A stretch of 63,418 nt of DNA, filler included, from Kipferlia bialata (Eukaryota): assembly GCA_003568945.1 (NCBI GenBank). It is 6 parts of 5 records of this genome, joined end to end, with 100 filler letters (N's around TTAATTAATTAA, not from the genome) between each part and the next. Parts side by side here need not be neighbours in the genome. Positions count along the whole stretch, not along the records: positions 1 to 9,607 come from BDIP01000408.1; positions 9,708 to 16,103 come from BDIP01000408.1; 4 more parts are not named here. One strand, given 5' to 3'. The notes beneath the pieces were generated by a model. It made no database searches and was not told the DNA's origin. It saw only the letters and a program-made list of their open reading frames with translations. Positions within the stretch are counted from its first letter, which is position 1. Every line of letters starts with the position of its first letter. This document shows, in pieces, positions 1 through 11,740 of this stretch. The translations under genes were made by a program, and so were the position numbers.

Positions 1-75
1 TATATGTTAGTCACTGCAAGTACCCCCCCCCCCCTACCCCCTCCCCCCCCCCACACACACACCTTCTGACCCTAG

Positions 76-3000
76 GTCATCGACCTGGGCCTTGAGTTCC
101 AGTGCGAGATCACCATGGAGGGCGTCGGCCCTGGGTGCCACGTGACCGTGTGCAGTGTCGTCTACCTGCCACACATCGGGTGTGGCGAGATCCTTGCTGA
201 GGTACACACACTGGTTCATACACTTATATATCTATGTATACTGCGGTTGGTTGAGTCAACTCATCCCCAGGGTGAGACTGACGAGAACGGCGTGTTCCTC
301 GCCTCCCTCCCCGGCTCCACAGGCCCTGTTGTCTACGTCACCATCGACCCCTGCCAGCCATACCTCAACGGTGAGTGTGGTGGTATATATATATATATAT
401 ATATCTATGCCTAGTGTACTGCTGTCTCTCACCCCCAGAGGCCCCTCCCTACTACCTCGTCGGCATCCCCCCCTATGGCGCCATCTCCACCACCCTCGAC
501 GTGCCCTGCGACCTCCTCAACCTCTCCGGCTGCGTCACCTCCCTCCTCACTGGTGAGGCCATCGAGAACGCCCTGGTCTGCGTCGAGTGCGAGCCCTTCA
601 ACCTCTACGACGAGACTGACCAGAACGGCGAGTTCGACATCAACCTCGCCACATGCGGCATGCCAGGCGACATCATTGTCGTCACAGCCAGCGCCGAGGG
701 CTTCGAGGACGTCGTCATCGACTACCAGACAGACCCCGTCGAGCCAGACAACGTCATCTGCCCCATCGAGCTGCCCTGCGACTCCAGGTACATACTCTCT
801 CTCTCTCTCTCTCTATCCTTCCCCCCCACCCCCCTCCTCTTACCTGTAGGTGCTTCACAGGCATCGTCATCGACAAGGACTCAGAGGAGCCCATCGCCGG
901 AGCCACCGTCGTGCTCTACGACGACGCCGAGCCCCCCGTCGAGATCGGCAACACCGTCACCGACGAGGACGGCTACTTCGAGCTGTGCATCCCCGAGACC
1001 ATCCCCATGCATGCCGCCCTCACCATCGTCTTTGACGCTGAGCTCTACGGAGAGCGCACCTTCGGCTTCTTTGCCCCAGGTATGGTCCTATGTAGTTTGT
1101 TAATAGTGCATTCATCTTGAAGTGCACCCACCTCAGGCTGCGAGGACATCCCCATGGTTGTCGAGCTTGACTGCGACACCATCGAGCTGTGCGTCAAGCT
1201 TGAGTGCTTCGAGTTCCCCGTCGCCGGCATCGAGCTTGAGATCATCACCGACAAGCAGGACAGGTTCTCTCTCGGATACACCGACGAGCTCGGCGTCCTC
1301 TGCGCTGACCTCCCTGCCTGCCTCTCCGGCCACGTTGTCGACGTCATTGCTGACAATGTGCCAGAGTGCTGCGTTGAGCCTGTGATCCCCCCCCTGGAGG
1401 AGCCCGAGTGCATCGGAGAGGAGTGCAACGACGAGTACTCCGGCAAGGTACAGCGGCTGTTTACCTTTTATCACTACTCCTTGTGTGACTGTACACTCAC
1501 CCCAGGGCTACTACGACCCCTGCTACGGTCCCGACTGTCCTCAGATCCCTGACGGTCTCGACCCTGTTGGAGGCGCCGGCGATTGCCCCGTCCTCGTTGA
1601 CCTGGGACAGAGCATCTGCCTCGAGTGCGGCACCAACTACCTGAACATGACTGCTGAGGGCTGCTGCGACGAGTACGTGTACCTATTACACTACTAGACA
1701 AGATATGCTGTATCCTATCCACCTTCCTCTCACCCTAGGGACGTGCAGTCTGAGATCAAGGTTCAGGTGCTGGACGGTGTGACTGGAGAGCCAGTCTACA
1801 AGGCCCATGTCATCTGGTATGACCTGCTCACCGGCAAGAAGGTACGCACAGGGTGTATAACTGTACGAGGCCTAGTACCCTAATGTGTGTCTCTGACCCT
1901 TAGGTTGACTATGCCAAGACCGACTACCACGGCAAGATCTACTACGAGATCGACCCCGAGGAGACCAAGTGCCCCTGCCAGGACGACGACCACGACGATG
2001 ACTATGATGATGACAGTGACGACGATGAGTACAGGCGTCCCAAGTGCGGGTCCCAGTGGCAGGGTATCGAGATGGGCGGCCTCTACCTGATCAAGGTGAT
2101 CGACCACGAGTTCCACGACCAGACCTCCATCATGTACATCCCCCACGGCTGCTCCAGCCTCTTCAGGAAGTTCTACATGGAGTGCTGCGAGGCCAAGATC
2201 TCTGGGGTGGTCAAGGACGAGAACTGGCACCCCATCGCTGACGCCAAGGTCATGGCCTACGACCTCAACCCCGAGGTCTACCCCGGTGAGTGGTGGATGT
2301 GTCTCTATACCATACCATAATGTACTTGGTTCTATGAGTATCTCACCCTCAGAGGCCAAGCTCCTGGGTCAGGACGTGACTGACCTCGGTGGCGACTGGT
2401 CTATCAGGATGGTCGACATCGGTCAGGACGAGGTGGGTGCACTTATGTATATAGTGCATATACTACATTCTCTCTTACACTGTCTCACCTTCAGGTGTGG
2501 GTTGTGATCCTCGCTGAGGGCTACGCTCCATCTGTCTCCCTCCACTACATGAAGTGCGGCTACCTCTGCCTCGGTGTCTTCAAGCTCGTGTGCACAGACG
2601 ACATCGCTACTATCCAGTTCGTGCGTGACTCCCCTGTACCCCTCGAGCCCAGGTTCGTGGGTGGAGTGTGGTACGTGGCCACCAACAAGCAGCCCCCCTT
2701 CGCCGTTGAGCCATTCTTCGACCCCGAGCTGCTCATCCAGGTGTGTGACATTGTATACTACACTATGCCCCCCCCCCACACGCATACACTGTATAGCCAC
2801 CCCTGACCCCTCAGGAGGGCATGTCTGACTACATGGGCAAGGCTGACATTGAGCTACACAACGTCCAGGGCGAGAGATGGGTGCTCGACGCCCACAAGGA
2901 CAACTACGACGAGATCCACCACTCCTTCACCACATGCAGGTGCCCCATCGAGGACCTCCAGGTATATCATTACTATCTATATATATACTTATACTATTCA

Positions 3001-6000
3001 TATATACTGACCTTCAGGTGCTCATGCCCTGCTCCGGCACATGGATCTCTGGCTACGTCACCAACAACGGAGTCCCCATGGTGGACAAGGCAGTGGAGGT
3101 CTCCTCCGACGAGGGCGTGCTTGTTGCCACTGTCCGCACCGACGACATGGGCTACTACGTCGCCTACCTCCCCAAGGACTTCCAGTTCTCCCCCTACGTC
3201 ACCATCAAGGTCATCCTCAACTGCGAGCAGTACTGCTCCAAGGTGGTCTTCCCTACCTGCGGACCGAACGTGGAGGATATCGAGGTGGACTTCCTGTCTG
3301 TCCTCATCTACGGACACGTCTTCGACCCAGTCACCGGTGCTCCTATCAAGGGAGCACTTGTGGAGATCATCAACCCTTACACACACGCCGTCATCGGAAG
3401 CGAGCTCACCGGCAACAACGTACGTTACGTCTCATTGGATTCGTGAATCATTATTATACTAACCCCTCCCATCCCCTCCCCTCCCCTCTCTCACCTTCAG
3501 GGTCACATCACCCCCATCTCCGTGCCCACCCTTGCCTACGTCGAGTACCGCATCAGCGCTGATGGACGCACCCCCGTGGCTCTCTCCACCCTCCTGCCCC
3601 CATGTGGCTCCATCGTGCTGCACCAGGGTCTCTACTGTGACGGTGCTCAGCTCAGGATCCTCGTCAAGGATGTCCTCGACAACCCCGCTGACATGATCCC
3701 CGTTGATGTGTATGCCAACGGAGACCTGCTGCGTGAGGGATACACCGAGGAGGATGGCTACGTCACCTTCGAGGTTGACTCCATCTACAACTCTGGCAGG
3801 ACCACAGTCACCGTCGTGGTGGGCTCTGGCGGTGTCTTTGACGTCCTCACCCTGCACCGCGACGTTGAGCTGACCTGCGGCCTCACCGAGGAGGAGTTCA
3901 TCGTGCAGTGCGAGTGCAAGGGCAAGGAGCTGCTGATTGCCGTGCAGAACGCCGCAGACGAGTGTCTGTCCGCCGTGATCCGCACCTACTACATCGACGA
4001 GGAGTGTGGCAACGAGGTCACCATCGACATCGACTACTACAAGGACGGCAAGAAGCACGACTACGGAAGGTGCGACGGCGGCAAGAACGACCCTAGGAAG
4101 CTGACTGGCGAGTACGCCATGTCTTACTCTGAGGAGATGTTCGCCAAGTTCGACAAGCGCTACGACGGAGACTGGGGTTGCAGGTACGGGTGCCACTACG
4201 AGAAGGTCAACATCTCTGCCCTGGAGCCAGGCACCAAGGTGTTTGTCGAGGTCACCCCCGTCAGCAAGGACTACTACATGGGCTACAACAAGAACGGCAG
4301 GAAGGACATGTACAAGAAGAAGTTCGAGTACATGCCCACCACCGTCTGTGCCTTCGTGCCCTTCTGCGGATGCGTCAAGGTACATTGCATCTACCTATAT
4401 ATAGACACTTCTTACATATGTGGATATGTTTAGTCTCATACTAGGTCGTTGCCGAGCTTGAGTGCCGCGACGCCCCTGTCTTCTGCCTCGAGGTGCTCGA
4501 CTGTCACGCCAAGGGCCTGCTGGTGCGTATGCACATATATCAGTATGCTCTTGGCATCTATACACCTATCCATACACCTCTCCATATACCTCTGACCCCC
4601 AGTACAAGTGGGGCGGAGAGGGCATCGAGGGCATTGCCGTCCAGATCTTCAACGAGGAGTGGGACTCTCTCGAGGGAATCACAGGTCAGGGCATATGTAT
4701 GAAACATAGTCTCTCTCTCTCTCTTATCTCTCATGTTCTGCTAACCATAGGCTCTGACGGTCTGGCATGCTTCGACCTCGAGGGCTTCGCTGAGGTTGGC
4801 GACAGGATTGTTGCCCGCTACAGTGACGACGACTACTACCCCCAGTGGCCTGTCTGTGACATCACAAAGTATGTGGCTGTCCAGTGTGTCTCAGTCTCTA
4901 CCCTTGCTCTCTCTAACACCCCCTCACCCCTAGCTGTGGTCTGAACATCGAGACTGTGTACCCCAAGTGTGACGTCGGTGTCACCCTCACCGTCAACGTG
5001 GAGCTCGCTGACCTCATGGTCGTCGACTGGCCCGTGGGTGATGGTAACGAGGTTCTTGTGGATCTTGTGTGCTGCGACGACCTCGACAAGTACTGCTGCA
5101 ACACTGCCCCCGTCATCGATGGTGTTGCTGTCTTCGAGAACGTCGATACCTACGCATGCCTCGGCAAGGAGATGGTCATCCGTGTGCGCCTTGAGAAGCT
5201 CGATAACACCGACTACGAGTGCTACATCCACGAGATGGAGGAAATCGACTACAGCTGCCGTTGCAACGATGAGGTTCCCGAGTTCAGGACCACACAGTAC
5301 TTCGACTTCTGCTATGAGATGCCATGGTACGGTCGCATTACTCACCCTCTGTATCTTATTGATTATCGCTCCATATCCTCTCATATCTAGCTGTGGCGAG
5401 GCTGAGACCACAGTTGTGGTGCCCTGCTACTGCACTGACAAGGGATCCATCACAATTGAGAACCAGAGTGGTGAGGTGAGGAACAGTAGTGTTCTTCAGT
5501 ATGGCTCTGATCTGTTTCTTCTGACTTCCCAGATGTTCACTGCCAACGCCACCAAGCTCTCCAACCCCAACCTGACCGAGACCATCCAGGAGATCGGTGA
5601 CATCGACTCTCCTTTCGATGAGGACATCATGCTTGAGGAGCAGTGCTTCGCCCGTTACACTGAGACTGTTCTGAGGTGAGGAGTCTGTATCGGTTCGATT
5701 TTGCATGACTACACAGTTACTCAATGACACAATCAATATATCTCACATCAGCTACGAGTACGAGCAGGGAGACATCCCCGTGTACACTGTGTACAGAACA
5801 TACCCTCTGGAGTGCAGCATGGACAACGAGATCGAGGAGATCGTCCCCACCAGGGACGAGTGCCTTGCTAACCTCAACACCTGGACCATCGGTACGTGTG
5901 TCTATACTCTTACTGTACCTTATCCCTCTCTCTGTACATACCTCACCCCCAGAGGTCTATGACGAGACCGGCACCCCCCAGGTCAACGCCATCATTGAGG

Positions 6001-7521
6001 CCACCCTCGACCCCCTGGCCCCCATCTACCCCGACATCGAGGCCCTGGGTGTCTACACCTTCCTCGGCACCTCTCTACAGCACGGTACATACGACTTCAC
6101 AGTCGCCAAGGAGGGATACGTCACGGTACGTCATGTAAGGTTCCTCCTTCTATCTCTTCTACAGTGTAGTCGCTCACCCCAGGTTGTCTCTGACCAGTAC
6201 ATCCCCGTTGCTGTCAACGCCTGCTACAACATTGTGCGCACCATCACCCTCGTCCCCGCATGCTACTTCATCGACCTCGACATTATCGACATAGCTGACT
6301 TCGACAAGAAGTACTACGGAATGGTGCTAGACAAGGTGCCCCTCCAGGACTTCACCCTCTGGAACGGCGCCCTCGGCCTTCTGCCCATGCAGAACGTGGT
6401 TGAGAACAGGACAGGTCTCGACGGAGGTTAGTAGGGCCAATTGTCATATATCCTATATTCTTTAGTGACACAGAAGGCAATCAGATCTCCCCCTCACCCC
6501 CAGACTACCAGACTCGCCTGATGTCCGGTGGCAACACCTCCTTCGCCCTCGATGCCGGTGTCCTCGACAACGGATACGATGTGAGTGACCCATTATTCCG
6601 CAACCGTACTATATGTGTAAGTACATATGTATCCACCCACCCTCACCTCTAGGACATCCCCGCCATCTTCACGGTGCCAGGCAGGAACTGCACCTGTGCC
6701 GACTGCCAGCTCTGTGACTGCTGCATCTGTCCTGAGGGAGAGGACTGTAACTGTGATGACACTGACTGCACAAAGAGGGGAGGATGGGGATGGGGCTGTG
6801 ACCCTCTCGACAAGTGCCCCGAGCAGGAGTGCGACACCAAGGTCTGCCACGGAGTGCCCAAGAGCATCGGCGACAACGTACGTACACACACACATATATA
6901 CATATACTATGCACTGTATAGGTATATGTCTAGTCCATGCCTGACCCCTAGGAGTTCCTGATGGTCGTTGAGATGGACGTCGTCGAGTACGACCTCAACA
7001 TCGACTTCGTCGCCAACTTCGACTATGCATGCTGCTCCGAGACCCTCTCCTGCCTCGACGACCCCGAGATCATCGTCCCCGATGATGTGGACGACGAGAA
7101 CGGATACAAGCTCGACTTCGGATGGCCCAACCCTCCCCCTCCCCCCAGCTGCGAGTGCGACCACTGCGACCGGTCTATCTTCTACTGCACACCCAACTTC
7201 TTCTGTGGAGAGTTTGAGGCCAAGTGGGAGATCCTGCCTTGCGACGAGAGGTGCATCCTGGCCGTCTTCCGCTGGACATCCCTCTCCGACGAGACGTGGG
7301 AGGATGTGAAGGACAGATGGACATTCACCGTTGAGAACATGGAGCCTGAGGACAAGGCCGAGCGCATCTACACCTACCAGACCGGCAACGGCACATTCTC
7401 CGCCAACGGATGGACCACCTCCTTCCCTGCCCAGATTGTGTACGACCTGACTCAGTTCGCCAACGGCACCACCCTGGAGCCCACCATTGAGTCTCAGCTG
7501 CCTGAGCCCATCCCTGTGTAG
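76..7521 (+). CDS. Giant Cys/Asp/Glu-rich protein with tandem carboxypeptidase-regulatory-like (CarboxypepD_reg/CnaB/transthyretin-like) beta-sandwich repeats; 5'-truncated; about 25 exons, roughly 1,900 aa visible (estimate)
   Basis: Exons with strong C/G-ending codon bias, separated by 55-80 nt GT-AG introns (e.g. 202-270, 371-438, 1080-1136). Repeated motifs GIVIDKDSEEPIAGATVVL, VQVLDGVTGEPVYKAHV, GVVKDENWHPIADAKV, GHVFDPVTGAPIKGALVEI pair with ETDENGVF, ETDQNGEF, VTDEDGYF, YTDELGVL, KTDYHGKI, RTDDMGYY, YTEEDGYV. Stop TAG at 7519-7521. Confidence 0.8.
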
Positions 7522-7781
7522 AGAGAGAGAGAGAGTGAGTATGCGGTAGGGTGAGTGTCTGAAGGATCACTTTGGACTTCACCTAGCGTGATGAGAAATA
7601 GATTGAGTTTAAAGGCTGTCTTTTACCAGTGATATGCAGTATAGTATTACCTGAAGACCTCTTCTGCATATATATATAATGAATCGATAATTGATCAAAG
7701 TACCACCTAATATCCCACTATGTTATGTTCTATTGGGTTCATATTGTACATCAAAGTGGCACTCAAGACATGACCATAGCA

Positions 7782-9536
7782 TCACCACCTCTTGTGCTCC
7801 AGACCGACCCATGCCCCGGCCACACCTGCAGTGAGAGAGGAATACACATTATAACCCATGAGAGAGTGCTAGAGTGTAGTGTCAGTACATAGTCATCCCA
7901 TCTACACCTCTTTCCATACCTGGCTGAGTGGCCTTTGTGATCCTTGGTATTGTGATTGGGTGCCCATCGTCTGATATGGCACCTAGAACAGCAAAGCATG
8001 CAGCCTCTCTGGCCTCAGACGGTACCTGAGTGTCGTCACTACGCTAGGGGTAAGAGCCACAGGTACACGGTACATATACATACTGGTATACACCTTGCTA
8101 GCAGTATAGTATATATATGTATATACGCTATATACCTGTAGTGTGAGTCCTGGGCACAGTGCCCCTATCCTGTCAAAGAGCAGTGTGTGTCTGACCCCTC
8201 CTCCTGCCACTATGCCATGGACAGTACCCACTCTGCTCAGCTCACCAGCCACCATACCAGCCACCACCTCCACACCACTCCTCAGGATGTCAGAGGGGGA
8301 GGGAGAGGACGGGAGGGCGAGGCATGCGTCGGTCAGCTTGCGGATGCTGCTCTTGTGATACAGCTCTCTACCTGATAATTAGACCAGGACTCCGCTCACA
8401 GCAGGAACTATTAACTAATGACATAATAGGTACCTAGAGACACTGCCCCGGCCGTGTTGCTTGTCACATAGGCTGTCAGCATGTCACATACGGTCTGGTC
8501 TACGGAACCGGCCCTGGCTGCATCTCCGTTGTTATCGTATGGGAGGTCTAGCAGACACTCACAGAGACCTGATGTGAATAGTTGGAGAAGGGCAACAAAA
8601 GGAAGATACTATCAACATTAGCACAACAACCCATACTATATACGCATCCACTCACCATTGAGGAGAATGTTGCATGGACACACATCCTGCCCTGAAACCT
8701 CGAGTGCCTCCCCCGGCCTTGTCACGAAGTGGGTTTGGTTGCAGATGCCACCCAGGTTGATGATTGAGACAGTTCCCTTGGTGCTGTCACACCCATAGAG
8801 TATGGGGTCGGCAATGGGGGATATAGGTGCACCTGAGAGTCAGAATGTAACGCTCAACTCTCTTTCGCTAGAGCGTGTCATAATAGTAGTCTTAGTACCG
8901 TACCCTCCCCCCCTGCTATGAGGTCTGCCTGTCTAAGGTCATAGAGCACGGGGACACTGCACTGTCTGACTACAGGCCAGGGGTCAAAGAGCTGGAGGTG
9001 AGAAGGTACAGGGTCAAGTATACTGACTAACAACTGTGACGGTATCGAGTATATGGTATATCTACTAGGCCTAGTAAGGTGACAATGTGACAAGCACTAC
9101 CTGGAAAGACAAGTTCTCCTTAGGTTCATGGTGTATGGTCTGACCGTGTGCCACTACAAAGTGAATGGCCTCTCTCTCTCCCTCCTCCCCACCCTCTCTG
9201 CCCTCCATCCAGGTCTGTCCCTCCTTGGTCATGTCGGCATACACCTGGCCTGGCAGTCAGGTACAGCAATACTAGTAGAGGATGAAGGGTCAGGCATATA
9301 CACACCTAGACCCCTAGCTGCCCTTAGGAACTCCACAGGGGCAGTGGGGGTACCCTCGGCCAGAGACCTTAGGTAAGGAAGAGAGAAGAACGCTATATAT
9401 AGAGACATACATACAGGGATGGAGGGGAGACTTCACCTGAGCCTGGTTACCAAGTCTGGGGGCAGGGGCATGGAGTAGTGGTGCAGGAGAGTGGTGGAGT
9501 AGCTGGGGTACTCCCCCTCAATGCGACAGATGGCTC
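7782..9536 (-). CDS. anmK: Anhydro-N-acetylmuramic acid kinase (AnmK / levoglucosan-kinase family), 5'-truncated at the contig end
   Basis: Nine phase-compatible exons (9536-9437, 9367-9306, 9249-9101, 8991-8904, 8832-8656, 8568-8434, 8371-8136, 8043-7920, 7825-7782) give about 370 aa. Family motifs appear in order: AICRIEG, VAHGQTIHHEP, YDLRQADLIAGGEGAPISPIAD, INLGGICN, DVCPCNILLN, PYDNNGDAARAG, SLGRELY, IVAGGGVRH, SEAREAACFAVLG, IPRITKATQP. Confidence 0.9.
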
Positions 9537-9607
9537 CTGGGTGAGAACACGTATACATTAGGTGGGGGGGGGGGGGGGGGGGGGGGGGGCCAAAAAAAGT
9601 ATTATGG

Positions 9608-9707
9608 NNNNNNNNNNNNNNNNNNNNNNNNNNNNNNNNNNNNNNNNNNNNTTAATTAATTAANNNNNNNNNNNNNNNNNNNNNNNNNNNNNNNNNNNNN
9701 NNNNNNN
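9608..9707. other. Artificial contig spacer (N44-TTAATTAATTAA-N44)
   Basis: 100-nt N run with a six-frame stop linker; an identical copy occurs five times in the window. Confidence 0.98.
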
Positions 9708-9770
9708 CCCATCCCCCTCACGCCCCCCCCCCCCCCCCCCCCCCACCTTCTTTTCTTAGCCTCACCCCAG

Positions 9771-11298
9771 GACTCGGTGACCTCGGCCTTGGTGGACACG
9801 AGATCACCACCGGCAAGCTCGGCCTCTACACCCTCTTCGGTGAGTGTGCATATATATATATATATATATAAATAGATTTGCATACCTGTGGTACTATTCT
9901 AGACTATTAGTATTTCCCCTTACCCCTAGGAGGCATCCCCCCCGAGGAGACCCTTCCCATCTCCTTCGACGTTGGCTGCAACGGCAACGGCCGCAACGAC
10001 CCCTTCTACCTGGGTGTTGACGGAGACCGCGACCAGTCTGAGAACTTCTACGAGCTGGGTACGGTAACAACACATACCCCCCCCCCCCCTTTCTTTCTTT
10101 CTCTCTCGCTCTCTATTTGTGTATCTTTACATGTATTCGCATCCTCTCACCCCCCAGTCAACGAGACCGTGCAGGCTGTGCACGAGCTCTGGCCCAACTG
10201 TGTGTTCCAGTTCGAGGACTTCTCCCAGGAGACTGCCTTCGAGCTCCTCCGCAGGAACATCGTACGTTCACTCCCCCTCTCTCTCCATGAATACCCTCAC
10301 TCTCTGTGTATAATGTGTTGTCTCACAGTCCCGACTCACTGTTTATATATACTCCATACCTTCTTATCTTGCCTCACCCCCAGGACATCGAGTCCCCCAT
10401 CTTCAACGACGACCTCTCCGGCACCGGTATCGTGGCTGCCGCCGCTGTTGCCTCCGGCCTCAGGGCTGCCTCCCTCATGTCCGGCCGCGAGGTGACCGCC
10501 TCCGAGCAGCGCGTGTGCCAGCTTGGTGCCGGTGTCGGAGGCCTTGGCGTCTCTGAGATGGTTGCCGGCCTCATGGAGGACGAGGGCACCTCCGCCGAGG
10601 AGGCCCGCTCCAAGTTCTTCCTCATGGACAAGGAGGGCGTGGTCACCAAGTGCCGCAAGGACCTCACCATCGAGCAGGTCGAGTGGGCCCAGCCCACCTG
10701 CGAGACCACCGAGATCACCTCCTTTGGCGGTCTGTGCAAGGAGGTGAAGCCCACCATCCTCCTCGGACTCTCCACCGTCGGAGGCGCCTTCGACTCCGAC
10801 GAGGTCCTCGGACCCTGCTGCGAGAACGAGCAGATGCCCATCGTGCTGGCCCTCTCCAACCCCAACGTCAAGGCTGAGATCTCCGCCATCGACTGCCACG
10901 ACAGGACCACCGCTCTCGGCAACACCGCCCTCTACGCCTCCGGCTCCCCCATGGCCCCTCCCCCCGGACACGTCGTGCCCACCCAGTGCAACAACTCCTT
11001 CGCCTTCCCCGGTATCGGTCTGGCCTGCAAGACCGCTGGCATCCAGAAGATCACCCAGAAGATGTTCCGCGCTGCCGCCAAGGCCCTCGCCAACATGATG
11101 ACCGAGGACCAGCTCCGCTCCGGAATGCTTCTCCCCGAGATCGCCCACGCCAGGGAGGCCGCCGTCAAGGTTGCCACCGGTGTGGCCATCGAGGGCATGA
11201 ACTCCGGGCTTGCCCGCGCTGAGGGACTCCCCGAGACCGAGGCCGAGCTGGAGCAGCTCATGAGGGACAGCATGTGGAACCCCGCTGACCAGTTCTAA
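9771..11298 (+). CDS. ME: Malic enzyme (malate dehydrogenase, decarboxylating), 5'-truncated
   Basis: Exons 9771-9839, 9930-10058, 10158-10261 and 10384-11298 give GLGDLG..GKLGLYTLFGGIPP..LPISFDVGCN..DPFYLG..FQFEDF..IFNDDLSGTG..GAGVGGLG..KPTILLGLSTVGGAF..PIVLALSNP..ASGSP..QCNNSFAFPGIGL, which are canonical malic enzyme motifs. Confidence 0.95.
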
Positions 11299-11740
11299 GT
11301 GTGCTCTGTACCAACAACCCACCTAGACGCGGGGGCGTGTGTTGCCCGCGCGTCGCTTACTAACTTATTAAATCCCTGATTGCCTGTATGTGTGTTGGTA
11401 GTGTGGAGAGGATTGTTTGATTATACTTTGAATAATCACGCCCCCTAGGCTGTGATATATACATATATATACCAACATATCAACACACAATACCTCCATC
11501 TATGGTTGGCCTCTATTTACACTACCAACGGAACACTAAATACATTAACGTACAGAAACACACACTACAAAAGGGACATCATCTCTCCCTCCCACATCAT
11601 CTCTACCATCTGCATGGAAGGAGACTAGCTGCTCAGAAGAAGCCTTGGCTTGCATATCCTCTTCTCTCCCTCACACACCATCTCTACCATCTCTACCATC
11701 TTCACCAGCTTGGTGTTTAGAAGACTGCTTAGAAGACTGC

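Noticed and set aside
7782..9536. Bacterial contamination as the source of anmK
   Set aside because: Eight phase-consistent spliceosomal introns with host-type signals, on the same contig as an intron-rich host gene.
10336..11322. Long antisense ORFs (328 aa here; also 3459-4385 and 42388-42942)
   Set aside because: Shadow ORFs caused by strong C/G third-position codon bias on the coding strand.
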